NCBI GenBank assembly: GCA_965285935.1
Contig: OZ260664.1
Coordinates: 14,384,001 to 14,448,000, forward strand
Origin: Ophelia neglecta
Taxonomy: Eukaryota
DNA length: 64,000 nucleotides
Direction: 5' to 3'
Shown here: one piece after another, positions 25,245-36,800 of the stretch
How positions within the stretch are numbered: the first letter of the stretch is position 1
Layout of the letters: every line of letters begins with the position of its first letter
Translations under genes and position numbers: made by a program
Notes under the pieces: model-generated
What the model was told of the DNA's origin: nothing
Seen by the model: only the letters and a program-made list of their open reading frames with translations
Databases searched by the model: none

Positions 25245-28200
25245 GAGTTGTATTTAATCAGTGCAGTGGGTGATCATCAGCAATGGCTCGGCGTGTTAGC
25301 AGAGTTGACTCAGATAACAATTTTTCTGGTTAGCGATTCCTCTATGAAAAAACCAACCATTATCTCAGATATGTTAAACACTTGTTTTATTAAACAGATA
25401 ACCTATATGAAAAAGTGGAAAAACTGCCTCCAAGCAGAAACCGCCAACAAAATACTCGATTATCCCGACTACAATATGCACGCTTATACAGGCCCTAATT
25501 ACGAAAACTCATATGTTATGTAGTACTGATTTGCGAGTTGTGTGACCATAGACTATTCCTCAAATATACACTGTATGAAAATAACAGTTTGTGCGAATTG
25601 TATGACATTTATACAATCAAACAATGTCAGAAAGCTAACAGATGTTTTCAGAATATCATAGTATCAAATTGCTATTCAATGTGTATGTCCATTTACCGTA
25701 TGTTACCAATTGAGCTTTAACAAAACTGTATTGAAGTTACCGTCCTGCATTTGCAGTTTATTGCTATAACTGTGACCGTCCTATAAGTTATTTATTGTCT
25801 AAAGCTATTGTAGATTGAAAATGATACTTGCTGAACCCACACAAAACCTCAGTTTTCACAAAGCGTTGTTTGGTTAAATGTAGATTTACGAACAAGAATG
25901 ATATCTTGCTATGCAAAATGTGTGTCTTGCTATTCCTGTACGTTTTCCAACTAGTCCTTTTGTGTGTATATGCTGTTGAATATAAGCTCGACCACCTAAG
26001 TTTAATGCTGATGTACTTATATGTTTAAGGACTCCTGACATTTGTCTTTCAACTACCAGAAATTGACTGAATACTCATCACGTATTGTATTAGTAACCGG
26101 AACAGCATGTTTGTGCCATTCACTAAAGTTGTGATTTTGTATAAAAAATTGTCACTTGATTAATGGGTCTAGTCTAACATATTTGTACACAATAGTTAAC
26201 CTGCAAATGATTTGATAGCAAATCACAACCCCTTATTGGCGGCGGTATGCCATTGTATAATGTTTCGGGGTTATATTTCTTGAATGCACTGATAACATTA
26301 AGTGGTTTGCCTTTTTTTAAAGCTTTCATCTATTCCATCTGAATTCCTTGGTGATGTCAAAAATACAATCTCACTGTTTTCTTCTCTGTTCCAAATGCCT
26401 CATGTCAATCTTTATTGTGAATATCCAACAATAGAATAGCTTGATTTGTTTGTGGATTCCTTTTTGTTGTATCTTTAATTAAATACTTCATGGTATATGG
26501 GGCTAATAGCCAGACATTTTACGTTTCTAGAATTATTTTAATTATCATAGCCTATGCTAAGCACTTACCGATATATGCTATAAAAGGGATATGGAACTAG
26601 CTTAGATTATTGGTGCCCGGTTCCTCATGTCTTATATTACATTGCACGGATGTGATAATCTAATCCAGATTAGACTGATTATTTGAACCCTTGTACAGTC
26701 GTAACCTGCTCGAACTATCTTGAACGCGTCATTTTCTTTTTTGATTAGATTGGTGTTTAATATGGTATTTATGTGCTTATCAAGCGTGTACTTATACTCT
26801 TATTAGCATTAATATATAGTATAAGTGTCATAATGCTTAGGGTCACGTTGCAAACCCCTTTTGCCTGGCATATCTGCCATTTCACCGTCAACCCGCGGGT
26901 AAAGTAATTATCTTTGAGTCTTGTACTAAAGCAAACGCTGTACTGTAACTGATGATAAATTGTTTTTAATAATCTGGTCCTCTCCTAGATTAACAGCCTG
27001 AATATAAGATACTCTACTTTAGGGTTTGAGGCATATTCGGTTTCTTTGTAAGAAGCATGAAGCATATCTGTTTGCGCTTTGTACTTGGACAGGTCTTTGT
27101 TTGCAGTGAATACCTGTATACATTTGGTTTTGATAATCTGAGTAATTTCCAATCACCATAAGCAAATTCTTGCATCTTATATAGGATAGGTGTATAAGAG
27201 ATGATTTTACTGATAGTGGAAATTCACTCTCCCTTTTAACTTTTAACTTTTGACTCTCATGATGTTAATTGTATATATCGGGACCCCTTAACATGTGCAC
27301 CATTTATTCCCATACGTTTTGATTGCGCATATTGCTTGTACATTTGTTATTAGTCAAAACAATATCAACAAAATTCAACAAAGCTATTCCACATCCTTAG
27401 TTTTTTAAGCCTGTATCTGCTGATATTTTGTTGTATTATGGTTAAGTAGCTGTACAATGCGACACATGGCGAAACTATTTACTCACCAGTTTGAATTCTT
27501 AAACTGTTTGAAATCAGTAACATTATTTGACGTTCTGTGAAATATGAGTTGGTTTATTATGTTATGAACTTATATAATTGTCTTTTGAATTTTCCAAAAT
27601 TTGTATGGTCCTTGTGATATTTTGTTCCAACTGTATATTTTTGTACAAACTACTGTGATCATTTTTCCTATAATTTATTCATATACATAATTTGGTTTTT
27701 AGTAACTCATAAGGATTCCGGATGTTTATGACACAGATAATGTTATTATTTGTTGCTCTCTGTTATTCAAATTGGCTTTGTTACGAACGTCATAATGGCT
27801 TTGTTTGTGACTCTAATGATTCCAAATTGTGATACTAACAGATGATCAACCTGTGTGGTTTCCTTATCATACACAAATTGAAATTCCATCTGTACGTGGC
27901 AGTAGGTTATTTAGAAATCCTTAGCATTCTGGTTGAGGCAACAAACTTGTTTGAACAATACACTCTGATACGTCTAGAAAGGCCTTACCATTTAAGTAAA
28001 ATAACATTCTACAGTGCCAAATGAAAGTGCAATTAGAATCATATGATGCTTGTCATCTAAGAACAAATAATATAGCACATACATCTCTATAAAAAGAGAT
28101 GTATGTAAATATAATTATGAGATGTGTATTAGTTGCTTAATCACTGTGTAGAGCAGCCGCAATAACAAACACTCATAAGTTCAATGCGCAGAAATACAAA

Positions 28201-28400
28201 GCCTGCCGTATTGATTGCCATTTCGATGTACGTTTGCTACTGTGACAGTGTCCAAGATACTTCAAAGAAGGTTATTAGGTGTCACTTATCCTAAATAAGG
28301 CTCGCACTAAAACAAAAAATGCGTTGCAGATGCAAACCTGCTATTTATATTTTGCAAAAAGAAAACTGATGTGCACAGTGTGCGGGTGGAAGGCGGGAAG
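25245..28400. repeat. Diverged module M2 (hairpin core ... GC motif)
   Basis: Homologous to M1 over ~1.9 kb. Starts with a degenerate core (ATCAT-cagca-ATGGC at 25273) and ends with gtgtgcgggtggaaggcggga. Confidence 0.75.
28378..28398. promoter_or_regulatory. Recurrent GC-rich motif GTGTGCGGGTGGAAGGCGGGA (copy 1), function unknown
   Basis: Related copies at 30242, 31684 and, more weakly, ~24999. It stands out in very AT-rich surroundings. A regulatory role is inferred only. Confidence 0.4.
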
Positions 28401-29959
28401 CACACAAAACACTTGAATTTCCATTAAACAATATAAATCACAATTAAATCCTGTCATCAAAATATATTGACAGATTGTGTCTGCATTGCTCTATGTATAT
28501 CGACACTTTTTCAATGCCAAATATCTTCAATGTTGCAGCTAAAACATGTAATTGTTCGTATGATTGGTGCTTCCTGTTTTAATATTTGTCCCGAGAATGT
28601 CCTTGTTTCTTGAAAGCAACAAGTTTGTGTTTGCACACCGGTCAGAACAATAGGTCTATTGAATATTAGTTTGAATATGTTTAGTGTAATTTAACAAACA
28701 TGTAGAGAGGTGGAACAATTTTCGCCTGAAGCAAAGGTGTAATTATAATTCGAGATTTATGTTGATACGTCCTAATTGAGTCAAATTGCTCAGCTATAAT
28801 TTCAGCCGCTATGATTAGTTTGTAGATACGGTATTCTACACTGATGTATATTGGTTACATTGATAAGATTCTATATTATTTGTTTAATCTAGAAAAAAAA
28901 CTCAATTCAGTTAAGCATTGTTATATCAAATGATTTTTGGCTGCAACCAAAACTCGATCCAGTTTGCTTACACTTAAGTGTAATTGCAACCATGTGTATA
29001 TATAAAGCCTTAGCACAAAGTCAGTCAGGCTTTCCTTTGTATGCTAATATCTGTTATTTTCATCCAGTAGGAACTATGGTACCATACTATTTTGAGTAGT
29101 GACATGAGTTTATTTAAACTGGACATATCATTTGTTAAAATGAATTCAGTGACTTGGTTTACATGCTGTTTTAATTCAGTTGCTAAGAGTATGAATCTTT
29201 GTTTTCATTGGAAGAATACTGTTTTGGTTTCTGACATTTCGACTGGTGTGCCTTCAAAGTACTTTGTCATTTACGTGGTAAATTGGGTCTTTAATGTTAG
29301 GGTCTAAAGTGAGGCACATTTGCCAATTAAATTGAAATTCAAATCTTGTCAATGTCCAACAGAAAAGAAATCAACATTATGTTAAGGATACAAGTGTTCA
29401 CCTGAAATGCCAAAATCAAAATTTAGCAAAAGTTGAGCCGAAAGATGATAAAACAATTCTTACAATGACAGTTACATAGAAGTCTTTATAGGCGATGATT
29501 GGTATAGAATATGTAACGCCATAAATACTATCGCTATCGATATTATTACTTAAAACTGTTTGCTTTAGCATAGAACAAGAGAGCTCTTTGAGATTACCTT
29601 GGAAAAGTTTGAGCTACATAACTAGTGTATTGTGATGAATCTGCTACGCTGCTCATTTGTACACGCGATTGACATCCATTTACTTATCTGTGATACTGTG
29701 GTATGTGAAGCTTATTATCGCTTTAAGGTCCCTGCCAGGAATGACTTTCTTATTCTAACCGCATGTTTGACGGATTCGGGATAGATATTAAAGAACACGT
29801 TAGGTTTGTTTTCTTGTCTTACTAATACTGTACAATTTTCTCTCTTTTCACTTCGTGAGAGTGTTTTTCTGTATCAAAAATTGTGAATATGCTTAAGGCC
29901 CAGATGGTTGATAGAGATATTGTAATGGGGTAATCCTATGATTTTTTTATTCACGTTTG

Positions 29960-30262
29960 CTTCTTTAAGTTGAGCTTATTCCGTATTGGTTTGTTTTGTG
30001 ACATGTTGCCAGTATTGCAGAAACTATACCACGACCATAAGCGTGAATGTTATACATAGATAAAAGAAATGAAGCAAAAACTGTTGCTGTATAACTTCTT
30101 GGCTGTTATAGTTGGTATTATTACATTAAAGGTGTATGCTTTGTGGATATGCAGTTATGTCAGATGAGGATCAAAAAACCATAAAGGCTACACGTGATAG
30201 CATTACAAGAATAACACCCGAAAAAAACTGTTTATTTGCAAGTGAGTGAGTGGAAGGCGGGA
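29960..30262. repeat. Diverged repeat block ending in the GC motif (copy 2)
   Basis: tttaagttgagcttattccgtattggtttg, aagcgtgaatgtta and gtgagtgagtggaaggcggga align with 31375-31704. Confidence 0.7.
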
Positions 30263-31374
30263 GTCGCAACGAACATAGTCAAAGAAATAGGCGTAATAGA
30301 TTCAACTTGAGGTAAACTCCAAATACATAGGAATAATTCAGCCATAGATACTTTTAGCAGATGTTAAGTCAATAAGACTGCAATCACGACGGAACACGTT
30401 TAAAAGAAGGATAACGGGAAAGGCATGGATTTGGATATAAGACACTTGGCATTAAGCTTGGAGAATGAATTGATGTAATTTTTTATCTCATCTATGTTGT
30501 TACTATGTCCCACAGTCCATGTCTAATTGTGCAAAGTTAGGCTAGGGTGCTTTATGAAAATATACGGTAGTCTGTAATTGTTCTTTATAGCGACAGTGTT
30601 AATCCCTTGTACGTACAGTTATACTTGAATGGCTTTAAGTACTGAATTGTTGTGAAATGAAACAAAAAAGGTCAATTAAGAAAGGTCGGTTTGAACGTGA
30701 ATCGCTAAACTGATGAAGGTAAATGAAATACAAACCAATACAATGTACTTAGCAAAAGAAATGAACACGGATTGAGAAAGCATCCATCCTAAACGATTGA
30801 AACATACCAAGCTTTGTCAATTTCCTGAAAGGAAAAAAGTATCTTTAATGACAGTAACATCTTACTACATACGATTCTTTGTAAAAGATGTGTTTTTATT
30901 ACTTTAATGGCATTTACGATCAGGAGAGATAAGGGTTTAATAGAGGTCATCATAATTGCTTGATATGCATTACGCGGTTGGTATTTTATTATTGTTTCAT
31001 GCGGGGTCTTATATATGACCATTTTCGGGTGTGTATTGCTTGTTTTATCCACTTATATACCATTAATCCCACAATCTCACATGTCGACATTTCTAGCAAA
31101 TGCATTCCAAGGTACCTGCCGTGAATGGATTCCTAATTATGAAAGTTTTGTTGTTCGAGCTTAGTTATTTACCTCCCTGAAATCTAGTTTCATGAAAATA
31201 ATGTTGTACTGTTGAAAGTTGTGTCCGTAAATTTTGCGTCTATGATTCCACTAATGATGTAAACATTTATTGTGTTAGTGAATTCTAGGGTATACCGATG
31301 TGTAAGCCACAGTTGGCTTAAAACGAGTTTATGGTGCTTTATTACAACAAGTTTTTGTTTTTTATATTTGTTTT

Positions 31375-31704
31375 TTTTTAAGTGGAGTTCATCCCACGTT
31401 GGTTTGCTCTTTGTAAACACTTGAGTTGCAAATATTTTCCAAACTAAACAAAAAACCCAAGCGTGAATGTTAAATATATGTGAAACATATATGTTTAATC
31501 AGAAACTAATTGTATATATTAATGTTAAGCGAATGAGTTGGCATTGCCACATTAAGATGTAAACTTGTTAGGAAACCTCCCGAAGTGTATAATTAGTTGA
31601 CTGATGGCCTAAAATACCAAGACAAAAACCTAAAACGTTGCATACTATTATAATAATACCACAAAAAAAATGTTGATGTGCAAGTGTGCGGGTGGAAGGT
31701 GGGC
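31375..31704. repeat. Diverged repeat block ending in the GC motif (copy 3)
   Basis: tttaagtggagttcatcccacgttggtttg, aagcgtgaatgtta and gtgtgcgggtggaaggtgggc align with 29960-30262. Confidence 0.7.
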
Positions 31705-33060
31705 AACGCACTAAAGCCAAATTTCGATCTTGCATAGGCTTAACCAGTTTTGTTCAGCTACACACCAAATAAAACAAAGTAAAATATTTCCGGGCTACAG
31801 ATTTGTACACGCAAACAAATATTTACTGTCATGATGCTCTCAGATATTCATATTGAGATATTGTACCCCTTTACCCCAAACCGTGCTAGATACCTCCTAG
31901 GAATGTGTCTTAATACATGTCAACAAACTCACTTGCAAACATTTGGTGTAGTTGACATACAGATTATTGTTTAAGATATTGACCGCTGGATTGAATGTTA
32001 AATAGAATTAGTTATGTAAGTCATTGCTTTTTATCGAACCTCTTATTGGAAAATAACACCCAGTCAGGCGCTTGTGAGATATTGTTTGGAACTTGGTATT
32101 AATGAGTTGATTCCCTTCCCCCCCTTTTTTTTTTTTACTTTTGGGCGTTATTTTATCTAATCACTTTGTAGCAAGAGCATTGCAATTAAATTGCAAAAGT
32201 CGTTTTTTGCTTATTCAATCTTTTATGGCTAAACCCTATGTTTAATTTAAATTGTCAACGTGCTATTACTGGGAATGTTATTTTGAATTGTGTCATGGCT
32301 TTGTACATTCTAATATTTTCTTGTAGATCGGGTCCTATCCTACTATCCTACTAATGATAGTGTTCATCAATTAGACAATCCATTTACCTAACCATAGTTA
32401 TCGTGATGATCATAGACTGTCCCTAGTATTTTTGTACAAACACTGTCATACTGTGAATGTTTATTACGATCGTACCTTTAAATGATCCAAAATTTTACAT
32501 TGCAACTTTGCCTGAAGATGTGCACCTTTGTGAATCTTTTGCTATACCATTTGAGTTTTATCAGTTCTTTATGTACAAATACATTTTATGGTCAAATACT
32601 ATATAAGATAGCCTTTCACGTCTTGAATACTACTTTGTTTGAACTCATTTCTTCTTTAAGTACAGGACTGTTTGGCTAAATATCCATTTCAACTGTGATA
32701 AGAGTGTTTGTAAAGGTCACGACGCGTCTCAGTACACGACATTCTTTTAAGATATTCCGAAAGTGTGGGCATTACCTATAGACAAGGCAATAAGGAACTG
32801 TTGATTTGTATTCCAGTGTTGTGCTTATTATAATTGTAACATATATAGTGCTTTACGAAATAACGGTCCATCGATATAAACACACGCACTGTTCAGTACC
32901 TATATGCCAGCTGTTTCCCTTCATATTTTAACATGTATTTACGCTTTGAAATATCATTGTATTTGTTTAGTAATATTAGACGTGATATATTTTTTTTTAC
33001 CTGATATGCCTTTTAATATGTCATCACGCAATACTTACTGTATACCCATATAAGTCTTCT

Positions 33061-33090
33061 AGTGGGTGGTCATCGGCTATGACTGGGTGC
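33061..33090 (+). other. Solo copy of conserved hairpin motif (GTCAT-cggct-ATGAC)
   Basis: agtgggtg GTCAT cggct ATGAC tgggtgc: perfect stem with flanks matching the array core, more than 10 kb from array 1. Confidence 0.75.
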
Positions 33091-33899
33091 TTCGACTACA
33101 GGTAAAATGCACGATGGTGATAAACATGCGCAGATGTTCCATAGGAATACAAACAAAGCGATTTTTTTCCCCGGCATTTGATTGTAAACAAGATATTCAT
33201 TTTCGACTGACACACCAGATTGAATCATTTACACGTACCTTTTCGATATTGTATGAGAGAAAAGTATGGACAAGCCAATACTTGTCGGTAGGTGAATGCG
33301 GTTCGTTTTATACGAGAATTTTCAGGACAGATTCAAAAGTGATTAACAGTGCTATGTACATGCGCAGGTCAGTCATCATAGGAGGGTCTTGCTACTCATG
33401 GAAAGAGCACAAGAAACACATAAAACAAGTACTACGTTTTTCCAATGGAGTTTTAGCAATGATCAGTCTTACAATAATAATACCCTTTAGGGTTTATTTT
33501 AATCAAACAAATGAAAATAAGATGTCACAAGGTACGCCAAAATGGCCTCTCGTCGTTACTTTTCAGCAGGTACCCCTAGGCATATGCCTGAGTCAATATG
33601 AACTTCTCTTCATAATACAACGTCTGGTCCGTTGGCCAAGAATTAAGATATGTTAGATGCAGGAATTCACGTCAAGGCTTCATTGTCACCAGAGATGTAA
33701 ACAAAAGTAGGTCAATTGCAATTGTGTATCGTCTGACTCACTACACTACGTTTGTTGCACTGGATTCGATGCAAATATACGAAATGCTTTTAATCAGGTT
33801 ATGTTTAGAAGAAAGTATTATTTTTCAAACTTCTTTCCTTGTTCATCCGTATAAAACTTCGCTTACCAGACAGCTTCTTAGGCCCTCTCAGCACTCAGT

Positions 33900-36800
33900 T
33901 CAGGAAAAGCCCACTCGAGTTCACTTTTTTCTGGTTTGTCGTATAACCATTTTTTTGAGAGAAAGGAACACGCAGTCAAAAATGCGGGAGGGAATGTAGT
34001 AAGAGTTATGTTCTCGTGAAGAAGACAGAGTACCGTGAAAAGATTTTGATTTTGGAAATAAATCCCTGTTCCACCAGGCTTACCAGAATGACAGTCGTAT
34101 GACATTTACGCAATAAAGGCCTAGACTCTTTTCGTAGGCAGCACCCAGAACGAGAAACGTGCCCTAAGAGTTTTGATAACACGTGCAGGAACAATCTCAG
34201 GCTCGTTAAGAACTTCAAATACTTAGCTGGTCCTTCACACTTCTCAGACAGGAAAAAATTGCCTCGGTATTTTCACAAAACATGCATTGAATCTTAATGC
34301 TATTCCAGCTTCCACATCATTAATGAAAGGAACAATATAAGCAAGAGTATTCTTAGCCTTTCCTTCAGACTACGCCAGGGAAAAAAGGAAAACTCCGCAT
34401 TTTATTTTGCAAACAAGCGCAAAAAAAGTCCATGGATGATCGAGTTGATCACGCTATTACGAAGAACTATGGATCCTTCGGTAGGCTACACAGGAAGTGT
34501 AGATCCATGCCTCGTCATTCGAATTCCAACCCTAAAGAACAACCGTACCTCTTGTTTTTACTAATCAAACAGTTAGAATCATTACACCTCCATGTGAACC
34601 ACCTCTTCCTGAAGCACGTGTCATGTTCCTTAGCCAAATCATGGAGTGTAATACCTAGACTTTTGTTTCAGGCCACGCCGTTTAAAGGACCTTCTTCATT
34701 AATATGACATCAGACGCACTTAATAGAGAAAACAATTGTCACAATATTTCTGACAAGACAGACAGGAATCTCGACTTATAGACACAACCTTCCAAGCAAA
34801 CCGATGCAAAACTTCGCAGCAAAAAACCAACCATGTCAGTATTGAATCATGTTGGCTTTTCAAAGATTGTGCTTCGAACAAATGAGACTGTCCAACTGTT
34901 TTGACAACGCATTCGGCAAAATTACTAGTCTGGTCCTGAACATCAAGCTGTATCATAAACCATGGATACTTGAACTGAAGACGTATGTAGTGAAAAACCA
35001 TGACCCGATACCTTTCTTTTGAAAAGAAAACACCGCCCAGGCTATGATTACACGTATAGGGACAATTCGTAGCTTTTCGTTTTGTCAACGCCTTAAAGGA
35101 AACACAAATCGCTTTTTTTGTCATTTAACAACACAGGCAGGGAAATCACACGCTTAGAGCAAACGTGCCGCCGCAATTGTAATTCACTGGACATGTTATG
35201 AAAAGCATTGGTTCGTCGTTTGAACAGCTTCCTGGGTCAAGCCCGTAAGAAATAAACTTGACATATCATTTTGCCAAGACAAATAGGGAAAATCAAAGGT
35301 TAGTTCTTCGAAGAGCGTGCTGTTTGTTTTACTTACAATTACAGTGAAAATCATTGGTTCCTTTTGTTAACCACGTACACCAGGGGACATTACGACACAT
35401 TTCTTAGGAAGCTCATGTTGTGTAAATCCTTGATTCGTCCTCGATTCAGGCCTTAACCGGAAAAACAGTTCCTCATTTATTTGACATGAAGTGAAAACAG
35501 CCTTAGCTCGTCCTGTGGACAACACTTCTGAAAGCTTTGGATCATTCATATGACCACATACGTAGTCAAATTGTTGGATTTCCATTAGGCAATGTCATTA
35601 AAGAACAGCTACATTTCCTTCAGTTGATTTACCTCCGATGAAATATCCTCGACTCTAACTTCAGACAGCTTCCTGAATTTTGTTTTTGCCCCCATGCCTG
35701 CATTGAAAATACAAGGCTCGTCCTGTCCACCACGACCTAAAAGTAAAATACATTTCGACCATAATAGCGGTGAAAAACTTTGCCTCGTCCCGCATATCAA
35801 CCTGATAGAAAAACGTCCTAATGCGTTTGACTGAACATGCAGTGACAATCAGGGTCCGTTTAGAACACCCATCATTCGAATATGGTGCTTGTATCTGCAA
35901 TGAAAAATACTTGGCTCTTCCCCTAGATTGCTTCCCGATTGCACAGGTGTGGCCCCGTGTTTTATCAATAGAAGCAGGGAATACCCCGGGCTCGGTCAAT
36001 CTTCCACGTCCCTATGAAAGACAAATCAGCGTGCCTTGTTGTGGCAATACAGACAGTGATAACCTCTGGCCTGTCATGTAAACAACGATTCAAAGAAGAA
36101 AATGAATCAAGGTTTCTCCTTTTGACTTCACGAGAAGTTAGACACTCTGGCTCTTCATTTAAACCCCGCCCGTAACGACAAGAAATGTTTCTTCAGTCTT
36201 GACACAAGTTCGAAAAGCATTGGCTTTAGACAGCTACCAGAATCTTGTTTTTGCCTCCATGCCTGCATTGAAAATAGAAGGTTCGTCCTGTCCACCACGA
36301 CCTAAAAGAAAAATCATTTCGACCATAAAAGCTGTGCAAACTTTGGCCCGTCCCGCAGATTGACCTTGAAGAAAATTGTTCTTATTCGTTGCACTGAGCA
36401 TGCAGTGACAATACAGGGTCATTTTAGAACACCCAGTATACGACTATAAGGCTTGTATCTGCAATGAAAATCCTTGGCTCTTCCCCTAGATTGCGTCCCG
36501 AGTGCAAAAGTGATCCCCAGTGTTTTATCAACAGAGGCAGGGAATACTCCGGGCTCGGCGGTTCGTCCACGTCCCTATGAAAGACAAATCAGCGTGCCTT
36601 GTTGTGGCAATACATGCAGTGATAACCCTTGGCCTGTCATGTAAACAACGATTCGAAGAAGAAAATGAATCAAGGTTTCCACTTTTGACTTCACAAGAAG
36701 TAAGACTCTCTGGCTCTTCATTTAAACCCCGCCCGTAACGACAAGAAATGTTTCTTCAGTCTTGACACAAGTTCGGAAATGCATTGGCTTATCGCCTTAT

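Noticed and set aside
33066-33656. 196-aa ORF
   Set aside because: It has a non-ATG start inside the hairpin motif, no recognisable domain and random-looking composition.
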